A stretch of 63,707 bases of DNA, filler included, from Chiloscyllium plagiosum (GCF_004010195.1; 4 parts of one record of this genome joined end to end with filler, not necessarily neighbours in it), one strand, 5' to 3'; positions 1 to 14,037 are shown, numbered from the whole stretch's first letter. The notes: generated by a model from the sequence alone, not told the origin. A program made the numbers and translations.

Positions 1-215
1 ACGTGTATGGAATGAGCTGCCAGAGGATGTGGTAGAGGCTGGTACAATTGCAACATTTAAGAGGCATTTGGATGGGTATATGAATAGGAAGGGTTTGGAG
101 GGATATGGGCCAGGTGCTGGCAGGTGGGACTAGATTGGGTTGGGATATCTGGTCGGCGTGGACGGGTTGGACTGAAGGGTCTGTTTCCATGCTGTACATC
201 TCTGTGACTCTATGA
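1..215 (+). mobile_element. CR1 (HER1-like) LINE 3' end
   Basis: Encodes the ORF2 C-terminal motif WNELPEDVVEAGTIATFKRHLDGYM, then the 3' UTR ...GGGTCTGTTTCCATGCTGTACATCTCTGTGACTCTATGA; near-identical to ends at ~10380-10585, 31966-32180 and 57065-57275. Confidence 0.93.
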
Positions 216-1114
216 GTTGCTGTAAAGCAACAAATGCATTGATGTTCAAGACAGAGATCACCACAACAACTCCTTACAGAAAATTACAATTGGGGCAATG
301 CTGACATAAAGTCAAACAGGTGAATGCATATCAATTTGAAGATAGCAGTAACTACTGAACAGATGAAGTGAACAATTAAGATGTGCAAAAACACCAAGAA
401 AACTTAACAAAGTAAGAAGAATTATGAAGCTAACAATAAGTCTCACTCTAAAGGTTGCAATATTCAAACCAGATTAAAGTGTTCCATTTGAAATACATGC
501 CCAAACCATTTAGTTCATTCTTGACTGATGACATGGGGCCCAGTTAATTGATATTTTTTTCACTCTAATGACTGTTCCGCTCTGCAATTCATAGATGGAT
601 TTGCAATGAATAGTACACTTGTAAATGTGATGTGGAATTGGCCTGAGGCTTTCTTGCTGAATTTCATCATCCTATTTGTGTAATTGTCATGATTGCGCGA
701 GCAGGCAATTATATAATTGGTTGCTAAAATTCATTTTGATCTGTTTCTTGGAAAGTTGTGTTTGGAATCCAAAGATTCACTACAAGTGGTGTTCCAATAG
801 ATGAATATATTCCCGATATGCTGTGTTCACCACTTACAAGCACTTTCAACAAGCCCGTGACTGAGAATTTCAATTTGAAGTTAAGGTATGATGTTGGAGG
901 GTGTCACTTCTGCCATAACCTGTGGAGAGTTTCTCATGCAATTACCTGCTCATTTTGCATGCAAATAAATCAGCATGTGAGTTAAATAGTGGGTCACATT
1001 TGGCAGATGGGCAGCAGGTTCTTGCTCCCATTCAGACCTTCTAGCTCAAAGGTTCTGGTGTTATATTTAAAATCCTCCCTGTTTCACTCACTGTAAGCTC
1101 GGACCAGCAGAGCA

Positions 1115-3070
1115 GTCTCAAACAAAAGCAGAAATTGCTTGAAAATTTCAGCAGGTCCAGCAGCATCTGTGGAGAGAAATAAAAGTTAATGTTTCAGGTT
1201 CAGACCTTTCTTGAAAACTGATGGTATTTAGAAAAAGTTTTTTTTTATGCAGGCGATAGTGTGGGGGGGAGAGACCAAAGAGTCAACGATAGGTGGCGAT
1301 AGAGCCCAAACAAGGAGAAGAACGGTTGGACCAGCAATGGGGTTGATAACAATCAGCCTAGGAGAATGAATGACTGCTGAGGGGGACTAATAGTGGCTAA
1401 CAATGAGTGGTCTGTAATAGCAGAGCATATGATAACCAGACCTGGAGTTGGGGTAAGGATGGGCGGAAGGTATCTCAAGCCCTAAAATTCTTGCTCGATA
1501 TTGAGTTCTGAAGGCTGCTCCAAGCTGAAAATGAGGTGCTGTTCTTCCAGCTTGCACTGAGCTTCACTGAAGCAGTGCAGCAAGCCTGAGACAGAGATGT
1601 TGGCCAGAGAACAAGGTGATGAATTGAAGTGGCAGGTACCTGGAAGCTCAGGGTCTTTTTTGCAGTCAGAATGCAACTGTTCTGCAAAGCAGTCACCCAG
1701 TCTATGCTTCATTTCACCAAAGCAGACAAGACCACATTGTGAGCAGCCAATGCGGAAGGCTACATTGAGTGAAGAGCAGGGAAAGCACTGCGTCACTGGT
1801 CCTTGGATACTGATGAGAGTGGAAATGAGTGGGCAGGTGTTACACTTTCTGCGGTTGCAGGGGAAAGTGCTGTAGGGCTGTGGAGAGGCTACTTTTTTGA
1901 GAGTGAAGGAAGAGTGGACCAGGGTGTCCCCGAAGGAACTGTCATTGTAGAAGGCTGACACGGAGGGCAGGGGAATATGTGTCTGGTGGTGGCATCCTGC
2001 TGGAGAGAGCAGAATTGGTAGCTAATAATCCTCTGGATGTGGATGCTGGTGGGATGATAGGTGGTGCTGACAAGGGGGCCCCTATCGTTGTAGGAGGGAA
2101 GAGAGAAGGTGAGAGCTGAAGTGCGGAAGATGGTTCAAACCTGGTTGAGGGTCCTGTCAACTATGGTGTGGAGAATCATTGGCTGGGGAAGAAGGACATT
2201 TAAGAGGCCTTTTTATCAAAGTTGGCATCATGAGAACAGATGCGACAAGACAAAAGAATTGGGAGAATAGAATAGAATCTTCATATGAAGCAGGATGTGA
2301 AGATGTATAGTCATGGTAACTGTGGAAGTTGGAGACTTGATAGTGGATATTGGTGGCCAGCCTATCCATCGAAATGAACACTTAGATGTTAAGGAAGGGA
2401 GGGGAGGAGTCAGAGATGAACCAGATGAAGGTGAGGGCAGGTGGAAATTGGAAGTGAAATTGATAAAATTTTTCAATTCCTGATGAGAGGGGGAAGCAAC
2501 ACTGATGATATCATTGATATACCAGAGAAAGAGTTATGGGTGGGGGCAGATTAGAACTGGAACAAGGAATGGTCCATGGACACCACAAAGAGATAAGCAT
2601 AACTAGGGGCTATGCAGATACTCATGGCCACACCTTTGAACTGAAGAAAATGAGAGGAGTTTAAAGAGAAATTGTTCAGAGTGAGGCCGAGCTTGGCCAG
2701 GTGGAGGAGGCTAGTGGTAGATGGGGACAGCTCAGGCCCTTTTATCCAGGAAGGAGCAGAGAGCCCTGAGAGCATCCTGGTGGGGGATGAACATCTAAAA
2801 GGATGGTGTATCCAAGGTGAAGAGGAGGCAGCTGGAACCTGCAAACTGGAAATTCTGAAACTGATGTAAAGCACCAGAAGAACTGTTGATAAGTAGGGAA
2901 GGACTGGACAAGGGGAGAAAAGACCAAATCATGGAAGGAAGAGATGAATTCTGTGAGGCAAGAGCAGACAGAAAGAATGGGTCTGCCCAGGCAGTCCTGT
3001 TTGTGGATTTTGGGAAGGAGGTGGAAGCGAGCTATGAGCTTGGAGACAGTCAGAGAGGGAAGATCACCAC
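1115..3070 (-). mobile_element. Decayed Penelope-like element (Neptune-type), RT + GIY-YIG endonuclease
   Basis: Minus-strand ORF pieces: LTLNNFSLNSSHFLQFKGVAMSICIAPSYAYLFV (PLE RT) and CNRRKCNTC...CSQCGLVCFGEMKHRLGDCFAEQLH (Cys motif + GIY-YIG); frameshifted; pLTR-like end at ~1120-1220. Confidence 0.88.
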
Positions 3071-4415
3071 ATGAAATGAGATGATAGGGCAGTCTACATT
3101 GTCACCTGTCCCTCCAACCCATCCCCAGAGATGTTGTGTAACTGTTGAATATTGATCGCAAGGTTTAGTGATGCCTTGCCAGTGGTTATGTTGTACACCA
3201 TCCAGGACTGAAAGAAGGTCCACATCCCATGTGATGAATAATAGAAGTCCTCCCAGTAGACCCAGACAGTCTGGGTTGAGGTCATCAAGGAGGTCAGTAC
3301 CCCTTCACCAATTGAAACAACCAAGGTGCAGTACAGAAAGAGGATGAATGAACTCTTGAGCTCTACAATGATAAGTACCACCATCCTCTCATTGCAACCA
3401 TCATTCAATCTATCTAACTGTGACCCTGCACTGCCATATCATATAGCTATGCCCACAATCATAACAATGAATCATAACCCCAAATCACTTATGGATATTT
3501 TGAACTTTTAACTACAACATGTTTTATAAAAGAGAAATGTACATGCCAAAAGATGACTGATAATGTGAATTCAGTGGCTGTCTGGAACATCCCTATCCAA
3601 AAGAGACTGAGTTCAGAGAGGAACCATAGAATCTCCATGCTTGAAGAATGTCAAAGGAACTTCAGACTGCAGTACCTCAAAGGGAAAGATGCCATTTAAA
3701 AAAAACTGATTGTGACTTCTTATGGACACAGAGGTAAATACAGGCTGTTTACACATTGAGCATAAAACCATCACCTACAGGTCATGTCCCATGCTGAAGG
3801 TATGATAAAAGTTGAAAGAAAGGCAGGCATTTTATCCTTCCAGGAACACAGAAGAAAGGGAGATAAAGACCAAGAACAACCATCTGTGTGCTACAGTGTT
3901 TGTATCCTAATGCTTATCTCGGAGTTTGACATCCATTGTGCTAAAGTATGATTTGAAGGGACACAATTGAGGACTTTCATTAGAAATCCCAGGTACAAAT
4001 ATGGAATCTTTCTCTCTCTCTCTCTTTCTCTCTCCAATTGCTGCAAACAAGTTGTCAATGTTGAAAGAAACTGGACAAATACCTGTCAGTTCTTTACAGA
4101 ACCAAGAATCTCTAAACAACTGCTCAACTGCCAAAGTCAGCTTAACAGACACCATATTTTGCAATATATTTTTCATGGCCAAACCAAAGATTGACTTGGG
4201 TTTTTATTTTACTTTCAACTTCTCCTTTCTAATCTGTTTGCATGTATGTTGTAATTTACTACCTTTTCTTGCATTTTACTAAGTAATAAACTTTTTAACT
4301 CAAGAAAGCCTGGTTAAATTTGTTCCCTTTTAAACATAAATATATTTGAGATAGGGAAATGTATCCAAGAGAGAAGGGATCCTTTGAACTAAGTTTCATC
4401 TGTCCCACTGAGGAA

Positions 4416-4708
4416 GGGTGGCACAATGGCTCAGTGGTTAGCAGTGTTGCTGCACAGCGCCAGGGACCCAGGTTTGATTCCAGCCTTGGGCGACTGTATA
4501 TGTAGAGTTTGCATATTCTTGATACATCTGCATGGGTTTCCTGCAGTTTAATCCCGCATTCCAAAGATGTGCAGGCGAGGTGTATTTTCAGTGCGCAACA
4601 TAGGGTTACAGGGATAGGATTGGAAGGTCTGGGTGAGATGTTTTTCGAAGGGTTGGCGTGGACGTGATAGGCTGAATGGCTTGGGTTCACACTGTGGGGA
4701 TTCTATGA
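4416..4708 (+). mobile_element. HE1-type tRNA-derived SINE
   Basis: A box TGGCTCAGTGG, B box GGTTTGATTCC, central V-SINE-like domain and CR1-derived tail; homologous to the other copies in the window. Confidence 0.88.
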
Positions 4709-5039
4709 GTGCGATAAAAAAGTGGAGCCAGTTCATGCCTCCTCACCCAAGAGTATAACAGTGTGGGCATATCCCATCAGAGTCATAATGTTTTGGGACC
4801 CTTATCTGGGAACTGGTCATGACAATGTGAGGGCTCATATTGGCGTTATACCCACAGATAAAACAAATGAATTAGAGAGGGGAAAGCAAATTATTCCTTT
4901 GAAACAAAATTTTAAAACTGTAAAGGTATCAAAATATTCAGTGATCTTCCAGAAGAATTAGGGTATGGCACTTCTGAGAATTTTAAAATTCTGCCCTTTA
5001 AACACTTAAAGATTCAGTGAGACATTTGATATAAGAATT

Positions 5040-5600
5040 TCACCCAAAAGTCAAAAAAACCTGAAATTGTAAATAGGTTGGCCTATGGTCTATAGGTTGA
5101 AATTAAAAAGAATGAAATGGATAGACAAGCAGCTGAGAGATTGGAATTGGAGAAGTGGAAATTAAACTTTCAAGGTAAACAAAAAGAAAGAGGAAAAGGG
5201 AAAGAAAAAGAGATAAAAGTGAAAAAGAAAGAGAAAGAGAGGAAAGAAAGAGTGTGGGAAGTGCATTGAGAGAGGTGGGAGAATTTTAGGATGCAGAGAA
5301 AAGAAGGATGTTTAATCGAAAAGAAGGATGTTTAATCAAAAAGAGATTAAGCTGAGGAGAAGGAATCCAACTCAGACTTAAGGGCTGAAGCAATCTCGTT
5401 TTGCTCAATTAATCCCTATGTTTGATGAAACAGAGGTGGAAACCATTTTTTATTTCCTTTAAACGGGTAGCCTTTAGTAAACCTGATAAGTCCAATATTG
5501 GCCCTTATTAGTGCAGTGTTCAGCAAAAACTCATGAGGTTTACTTTCTCTTGCCACTGACTATGAGGCAGCAAAAAGCACTCTGGACTGTTCTCATGGCT
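5040..5600 (+). mobile_element. Decayed Gypsy (Gmr1-like) gag remnant
   Basis: Purine-rich coiled-coil-coding stretch followed by frameshifted LIPMFDETEVET..F..VA...WPLLVQC..KTHEVY...DYEAAK, resembling the vertebrate Gypsy gag motif; includes a ~20-bp tandem duplication at ~5298-5340. Confidence 0.55.
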
Positions 5601-6363
5601 CTCTGTAGTGTAGATATTGCCACTTTGGGGTTACCTCTCTCATGGCTCAATGTTCTTCAGTCAGACCTTGCCCTTGTTTATCTAAACTCCTTCTGGATGG
5701 CCCAAGGAGACAAGCTACCCGCCTTCACTTGATAACTCAACAGTACTTGGAGCAATTGGGACACAAGTGAATTGTTCCAACCTTTTAAGACATATCATTA
5801 TAAGGACAAAACAGCAAATAATTACCCCACAGTCTTGGAGGAAGTGCCTGTCACCCGGCGCATACTTGCCATTGGATATCTGAAGCATCAAGTTTTCAAT
5901 TGAGTAGAGGTTAATTGAGAAACTTAAATTAATTCCAATAAGTTGTGGTTTTAATGAAATGCTAATGCATGCACATAAATGTCTCATTATCTGTCAACCT
6001 ACCACTCGAGGGGGAAAAGATTACTCACTGACTGAAAGTCAAAAATGAGATCTTTGCTTCTGGACGGACTCTTCCCTGATTGCTATTCTTCCAGTCATGC
6101 CAGGGACTGGGAGATTTTGCCCCACATGTCTGACAATACCTCATGAAAAGCTAGAGACAGCAAATTTGATCTAGGTGTCATTAATGTGTTAGTAGTTTTC
6201 CTTGGATTGAGAGTCAGCCTGCAATAAAAGTTATGAGAAGGTAGAATACCTGATAATCTAAGTTTCTATCACTGTAAAGTCTAGAAGCCAAAGCCTTGAG
6301 GCAATATCTGCAAAAAGATCCACAAAGTGAAGTAACCAACAATATTTAAAATATAATTTTTTT

Positions 6364-6661
6364 ATTAGATTAGATTCCCTACAGTGTGAAAACAGGCCAT
6401 TTGGCCCAACAAGTCCACACCGACCCTCTGAAGAGTAACCCATTTCCCTCTGACTAATGCACCTAACACCATGGACAATTTAGCATGGCCAATTCACCTG
6501 ACCTACACATCTTTGGATTGTGGGAAGAAACCAGAGCACCCGGAGGAAATCCACGCGGACACGGGGAATATGTGCAAACTCCACACAGACAGTCACCCGA
6601 GGCAGGAATTAAACCCAGGTCCCTGGCGCTGTGAGGCAGCAGTGCTAATCACTGAGCCACT
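6364..6661 (-). mobile_element. HE1-type SINE
   Basis: Reverse complement of HE1 consensus with (TAATC)n tail at 6364-6376 and A/B boxes at the right end. Confidence 0.93.
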
Positions 6662-6824
6662 ATGAAAAAAAAATAAAACAAATTGAATGCTACCTCTGAT
6701 GTTATTCAACTTTATTGAGACACAGTTGAAAAATAATTGCAACACAGGCAGAGACACTGATCAGAGGAAATCTGTGACAAAAAGCCCCTGCCTATTGAGC
6801 CCATTGAGGAGGTGTGACAGGGAA

Positions 6825-6970
6825 ACCTTCTTAGGCCTAAAGGGATAAAAGAATATGGGAAGAAAGTGGGAATAGGGTACTGAGTTGGATGATCAGTCAT
6901 TATCATGGCAGAGCAGGCTCAAAGGGCTGAATGGCCTACTCCTCCTATTTTGTATAATCCTATGTTTCTA
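6825..6970 (+). mobile_element. Old CR1 3' UTR fragment
   Basis: GAGCAGGCTCAAAGGGCTGAATGGCCTACTCC...TATGTTTCTA CR1 tail motif. Confidence 0.7.
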
Positions 6971-7794
6971 AATGAGCTCAAATGCAACCTAAAGTATCCA
7001 GTTTTCCCTGAGGAAAATAAAACCTAAAAGGTATGCTTGCATTCTTGCAGATAATATACAACTGCTCTGTTCCTGTATTAACAATTCAGAAGTGTAATAT
7101 TTACACAAATCTTACATAGAAAGTCATTGTCTCACTAGCTCTTTCACAAGCTCTGGAGTATCCCCAGGGAACAAAGACTAGAAAAACACCAGTCACCAGT
7201 AAACTTTGTATTACATTCACATTTCCATATAGTGCAGCCCAAAAACAAATACCTTGAAAGAGGCAGACAATGAAGGCGATGAATCATAGAATTTTACAGC
7301 AGAGAAACAGGTAATGTGCCGTAACAAGTTTGCACTGGTGTTCATTTTCCATATGTGATTAGTCGAATCCCATTTTGCTTCTTCCGTTCTTTGACATTTA
7401 ATGATCATCTTTAAGAAATTGATTTATTTACTTTTCATCAAACTCTAGAGAAATGTTTTGCGTTCTCCCCCACAGCAGGTTGGAGGTGGGCATGGCCACA
7501 TTGGTGACAAGTGGTGTTAAATGTGAATTAGCGTGCATCAAAACAAAGATATCTCAGAAGGCTGAGTAACAGCGATTTCATGCTGCTGCTAAGCAATAGC
7601 AACACAAGGAGGATAACCCATTAACATTTTGCAAGTGACAAATAAGTAAAATGGTATGTGAATTTTGGTGCTAGTGTGATGCCAGGCATATAGGATCGTA
7701 TCAAACAATATGTCTCTTTGGCTGTTCACAACAAGTAGAGTGATGACCATAATCAATCAACACATGCCTGCAAAACACAAAACAAAATGCTTTG

Positions 7795-10586
7795 TGTCAG
7801 AGTGCAAGTCAAACAGTCACGGCAGGCAGGGACAAAGCAGAGAACAAGGTAGGACTGATAAATTAAACTGCATTTATTTCAATGCAAGAGGCGTAACAGG
7901 GAAGGCAGTTGTATTCAAGGCATCGTTAGAGACATTCGACTGGGATATCATAGCTATTACAGAAACATGGCTCAGTGATGGACAGAACTGGCAGCTTAAT
8001 GTTCCAAGATAGAAATGCTACAGGAATGACAGAAAGGGAGACCAGAGAGGAGGAGGAGTGGTGTTTTTGATAAGGCATAGCATTACAACTGTACTGAGAG
8101 AGGATATTCCCGGAAATACATTCGAGGAAGTTATTTGCGTGGAACTGAGGAATAAGAAAGGGATGATCACATTATTGGGAGTGTATTATAGACCCCCTAA
8201 TAGTCAGAGGGAAATTTAAAAACAAATTTGCAAGGAGATCTCAGCTATCTGTAAGAACAATAGGGTGGTTATGTAGGGGATTTAAACTTTCCAAACATTG
8301 ACTGGTACTGCCATAGTGTTAAGGGTTTAGATGGAGAGGAATTTGTTAAATGTGTACAAGAAAATTTTCTGATTCAGTATGTGGATGTACCTACTAGAGA
8401 AGGTGCAAGACTTCACCTACTTTTGGGAAATAAGGCAGGGCAGGTGACTGAGGTGTCAGTGGGGGAGCACTTTGGGGCCAGCGAACATAATTCTATTCGT
8501 TCTAAAATAGTAATGGAAAAGGATAGACCAGATCTAAAAGTTGAAGTTCTAAATTGGAGAAAGGCCAATTTTGATGGTATTAGGCAAGAACTTTCAAAAG
8601 CTGATTGGAGGCAGATGTTCACAAGTAAAGCGATGGCTAGAAAATGGGAAACCTTCAGAAATGAGATTATGAGAGTCTAGAGAAAGTGTATTCCTGTCAG
8701 AGTGAAAGGGAAGGCTGGTAGGTATAGGGAATGCTAGATGACTAAAGAAATTGAGGGTTTGGTTAAGAAAAAGAAGGAAGCATATGTAAGGTATAGACAG
8801 GATAGATCGAGGGAATCCTTAGAAGAGTATAAAGGCAGTAGGGGTATACTTAAGAGAGAAATCAGGCAGGCAAAAAGGGGACACGAGATAGCTTTGGCAA
8901 ATAGAGTTAAGGAGAATCAAAAGGGTTTTTTTTACAAATACGTTAAGGACAAAAGGGTAACTAATGAGAGAATAGGGCCCCTCAAAAATCAGCAAGGGGG
9001 ACTTTTTGTGGAGCTGCAGGAGATGGGGGAGATACTAAGTATTTTGCAACAGTATTTACTGTGGAAAAGGACAAGTGGTGTTAAGTGTGAAAGATATATA
9101 AGTTGGGCAATAGATGGTGACATCTTGAAAGAAGCCTATATTACAGAGAAAGAAATGCTGGATGTCTTGAAATACATAAAAGTACATAAATCCCCAGGAC
9201 CTGATCAGGTGTACCCTAAAACTCTGTGGGAAGCTAGGGAAGTGATTACTGGGCCTCTTACTGAGATAATGTATCATCAATAGTCACAGGTGAGGTGCCA
9301 GAAGACTGGAGGTTGGCTAACGTGGCGCCACTGTTTAAGAAGGGTGGTATGGACAAACCAGGGAACTATAGACCAGTGAGCCTGATGTTGGTGGTGGGTA
9401 AGTTGTTGGAGGGAATCCTGAGGGACAGGATGTACATGTATTTGGAAAGACAAGGACTGATTAGGGATAGCCAACATGAATTTGTGCATGGGGAATCATG
9501 TCTCACAAATTTGATTGATGAGGGCAGAGCAGTAAATGTGATCTATATGGACTTCAGTAAGATGTTCAACAAGGTTCCCCATGGGAGACTGCTTAGCAAG
9601 GTTAGATCTCATAGAATGCTGGGTCCACTACTTTTCATCATTTATATAAATGATTTGGATGCGAGCATAAGAGGTATAGTTAGTAAGTTTGCAGATGACA
9701 CCAAAATTGGAGGTGTAGTGAACAGTGAAGAAGGTTACCTCAGATTACAACAGGATCTTGATCAGATGAACCAATGATCTGAGAAGTGGCAGACGGAGTT
9801 TAAGTTAGATAAATGTGAGGTGCTGTATTTTGGAAAAGTAAATCTTAGCAGGACTTATACACTTAATGGTAAGGTCCCAGGGAGTGTTGCTGAACACAGA
9901 GACCTTGGAGTACAGGTTCATAGCTCCTTTAAAGTGGAGTCACTGATAGATCGGATAGTGAAGAAGGCATTTGATATGTTTTCCTTTATTGGTCAGAGTA
10001 TTGAGTACAGGAGTTGGGAGGTCATGTTGTGGCAGTACAGGACATTGGTTAGCCACTGTTGGAATATTGCATGCAATTCCTGTCTCCTTCCTATTGGAAA
10101 AATATTGTGAAGCTTGAAAGGGTTCAGAAAAGATTTACAAGGATGTTGCCAGTGTTGGGAGGATTTGAGCTACAAGGAGAGGTTGAATAGGTTAGGGCTG
10201 TTTTCCCTGGAGTGTTGTGGGTGACCTTATAGAGGTTTACAAAATCATGAGGGGCATGGATAGGAAAAATGGACAAAGTTTTTTCCCTGGGTTGGAGGAG
10301 TCCAGAACTAGAGGGCATTGGTTTAGGGTGAGAGGGGAAAGATATATAAGGGGCAACTTTTTCACACAGAGGGTGGTACGTGTATAGAATGAGCTGCCAG
10401 AGGAAGTGGTGGAGGCTAGTACAATTGCAACATTTAAAAGGCATCTGGATGGGTATATGAATAGAAAGTGTTTAGAGGGAAATGAGCCAGGTGCTGACAA
10501 GTGGGACTAGATTGAGTTGGGATATCTGGTCAGCATGGACGAGTTGGACCGAAGGGTTTGTTTCCATGCTGTACATCTATGACTCT
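7795..10586 (+). mobile_element. 5'-truncated CR1 LINE, decayed ORF2 (APE endonuclease + RT) and 3' UTR
   Basis: CIYFNARG, IIAITETWL, PGPDQVYP, NYRPVSL, YMDFSK, KFADDTK motifs; multiple stops, frameshifts and an internal deletion near 9615. Confidence 0.95.
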
Positions 10587-10891
10587 GCGAGTTCACAATT
10601 GCACAGCACGTATGCTAGCAGCCAATTTCAGATTATTTAACAAATTTGCAATAATGTTCACTTACACTTGCTAGAACGACCTACATTCATAGGCAGGGGC
10701 CTCTCCTCTGGAGACATATGGGAACTGTGAAAATATTGCGCCTTTTTTGAATGAAGTAAAAACGTGGGGTCAATAGTTTGCTGATACCTTTCTGTGGTAA
10801 CATCTCAAATAATCAATGCTAACTTGTCAACCAATCAACACCCTTTTGTCATGAAGTTATTAACTTTGAAATTTGGCATTCTCATGTTTGG

Positions 10892-11745
10892 GAGAAAGTG
10901 AGGACTACAGATGCTGGAGATCATAGTCGAAGAGTGTGGTGCTGAAAAAGCACAGCCGGCCAGGCAGCATCTGAGGAGCTAGAGAATCAATGTTTGCAAA
11001 GATGTCAACGTACGCAGAAATAAGTTTGGTCGGGCAGGAGCAGGCCAAGACAATGGGTCAACTGGGGCAGTCAGGTTTGTTTTGCAGTCAGAAGTGCAAA
11101 ACCTGCGTGCACACCTGCCCCCTCACCTCCGTCCAAGGCCCCAAAGGATCCTTTCACATCCGACAGAAATGTACCTGCACTTTCACACACGTCGTCTACT
11201 GTGGTCTCCTCTACATTGGGGATACAGGATGCCAACTTGCAGATCATTTTAGAGAACATGTCTGGGACCCTCGCACCAACCAACCCCACCACCCCGTGAC
11301 TGAACACTTTAACTCCCCCTTCCACCCGCCAAGGACATGCAGGTTTTGGGTATCCTCCATCATCAAACCCTAACCACCCGACGCCTGGAGGAAGAATGCC
11401 TCATCTTCCACCTTGGAACCCACCAACCACACGGGAACAATGTGGATCTCACCAGTTACCCCATTTCCCCTTCCCCTAACTTAGCCCAGGCCCAACCTTC
11501 CAATTTGGCACCGCCCCCTTGAACCGACTTGCCTGTCCATCTTCCTTCCCACCTATCTACTCCACCCTCCTCTCCAATCTATCACTTTCACTCCCCCACC
11601 TTCATCTACCTATCACATTCCCCCAACCCCAACACCAATTTACCTCAGCCTTCTTGGCCCACAAGCCTCATTCCTGATGAAGGGCTTATGCCCAAAACAT
11701 CAATTCTTTTACTCCTTGGATGCTGCCTGACCAGTGCTTTTCCAG
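10892..11745 (+). mobile_element. Penelope-like (Neptune-type) fragment with inverted 5' terminal-repeat piece
   Basis: CKTCVHTC...HVVYCGLLYIGDTGCQLADHFREH (GIY-YIG) on +; 10892-10995 is the reverse complement of the 3' repeat at ~11690-11745. Confidence 0.87.
11670..11703 (+). ncRNA. Degenerate minimal hammerhead ribozyme in PLE terminal repeat
   Basis: CTGATGA-AGGGC-TTAT-GCCC-AAAACATC; GAAA core mutated to AAAA. Confidence 0.6.
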
Positions 11746-12309
11746 TACAAGATGAACAATTTCTTCCAAACTTGGTTCTTCTTTGAGGAGAGCTCCATTC
11801 TCTCTCCTTCAAGGACTTAGCTGAATCTCTGCAGGTAACATTGTCTGTGTTAACAGAGTTCTGCTCATGCAACCTTCCACATAACTGAACATTTCTTTCT
11901 GGAACCTTCTTAACTCTCAGCTCTAGCCATACATGGTAACAGCTTTATCACCTTGACTTTCAAACTTCGGTGGCATGTGTAACTGTTTTTAAAAAAAAAA
12001 ATAGATGAAGACTTTTAAGAGTTTGTGTCTCCTGTAAAGGGGTGGGAACTTAGGAACCTACCTGAATCTAAGCAATCAATGCAGGACCCTCTGGAATCCA
12101 GCTCTCCAATGCAGCTTGCTTGACCACTTCCTCTCTCCAGTTTTTCCCTTTCTCCTTTATCTCTCTGTCACATTGCTTTTGTGTTTTAACTTCCTTCCTG
12201 TTGTCCAGCCTCCAGATCAAGAGTTGCCAGGTCACATAAACCAGTATGTATTATTTCTTATACAAAAAGAAATTGGAAAACCGGACCTATATTTTTTGAC
12301 TATTTCAAG

Positions 12310-12660
12310 GAATGAGATGTCATCTCATTGAAGCCTCAAAGTACTTAAAAGGTTAAATGGTGTAAATGCAAATACGAAGTTCCCCTGGCTTCCTCTAGAG
12401 TCAGGGGATATAATTTCAAAATAAGGGAGATGCCACTTCGGACTGTGATGGAAAGACATTAATTTTCTGAATCTTTTGAATCCTGAACTCCAGTGGGCTG
12501 TGGAAGCCCAGTCATCAAGGCTGTTTAAATTAGAGAATCACATATTTGCAGACACTAGTAATGTAAAGGATTACAGTGATTGTTTGGAAAAAGGCATATG
12601 ACCATATTGAATAATGGAGAAGCCTTATTTGGCTGAATAGCTCACTCATACTCCTTGGTT
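12310..12660 (+). mobile_element. Old CR1 3' fragment
   Basis: Diverged similarity to the CR1 ORF2 end and 3' UTR (GGCTGAATAGCTCACTC). Confidence 0.55.
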
Positions 12661-14037
12661 TCTCTCCTTTTACAGGAGATACAAACTCTGAAAAGTCCTC
12701 AACAAACATTATTAAAAGCAACCACACATACCCCAAATGTTTCAAAGCTTTGAAACATTTCCTTTCTGTTACTGCTTCTAGGTTGAACTATCTCATTTTT
12801 TTTTGTATTCATTACCTTCCTAAGTAGTCTTGTGGGAGTTGATCGTGCTATTGTATACTTAGTTGCCTGCTAGTGTAATCCAAAATCACAATAATAATCC
12901 TTTGGGATTTGGACTGAATATTTCTCTTTTTCACGCAAAGATTGCTTCTTCAATCCCTCTGGATGCCTCGAAGCAAGCACTTGGAGAAATAAGGCCAGAT
13001 ATATTGAATATGATGTTTCTTAACTGTTTCTTAAAAAACGGAAATATCAAACACGAATTCACCTGCAAAAAGCCCTTCTGCCAGTCTTTGGCTCAATCTC
13101 TCATTTCTTTGTCTGCAGCTTACAAAACAGATCAAAAACTTCCCAATATGTTGGTGTATATTGTCTTTGAATTACCCAGGTAAGAAAAAGATGTTTGTAA
13201 CATTATTAACATTCTGAATGCCTATTTTGCCAACCTGTCTACTTAAGAAACTTTATATACTGTATAGTTTTAAAGAAACAACACCACAAATTGACTGCTT
13301 ATCAATTTTCTTTTGTTAAAAAGTAACCATGTAAATCCCTGAAATGTTACCTGTCTAGACTTAACACAGAGTTCACCAATGCACATGGAGACAAAAGGAA
13401 ATCACTTTTTTTTCATAATCCTCAGAGGCATCTTTGCCATTAAGAGTCTATTTTGGATGTCTGCAAGAACAAGAAGACTAGAAAATGTGACAATTGTTCT
13501 CCAGGGTTGGAAGTGCTGGGATAATGCAAAAGGAAACCCCTTTGCCCTAATGGATGTGTTAGTCCCACAGAAGAAAGATCTCAAATAAGGAAGATACTTT
13601 TGAAGAATAATTCTGAAATGAAATGGGTATATTAGCAGAGCAATTTCAATACCTCTGTTTCAATTCTGTTCCTACTTCTTATACATTAACACTCACTAAT
13701 TGTAGCTGATAAGAGGGCCAAATGATTTTCATGGAAGCAACAAGGTGTAAGTACAATCTGAGCAGTCTTAGGCAACTGAGCACTCTAGTGGGAATTAAGG
13801 TGAGATTTGGTGCCAAAATATCTTCATAAATCCTATTGCTAAAGGATTCCAATGTGAACTCCAGAGCTCCCTTTCAGAGGCGCTAGTAATGACCATTTTC
13901 ACTTGTGCCAACCTTGGACTGTGCAATGAAGGACATTTCCAGGCTGTAGTAACACTAGGGATGTATTTATATTAATACATCGAATTTACATAGCCAAGCA
14001 AAGATTGCTATCTGTTTCCTGTGCAATGCTTGCCACA

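Noticed and set aside
6471..6665. Recurrent peptides such as CGRKPEHPEETHADTGRMCKLHT in many ORFs
   Set aside because: Translations of HE1 SINE copies
12650..12790. Exon after TTTCTCTCCTTTTACAG
   Set aside because: Acceptor-like sequence overlaps a CR1 tail; no convincing donor or recognisable peptide
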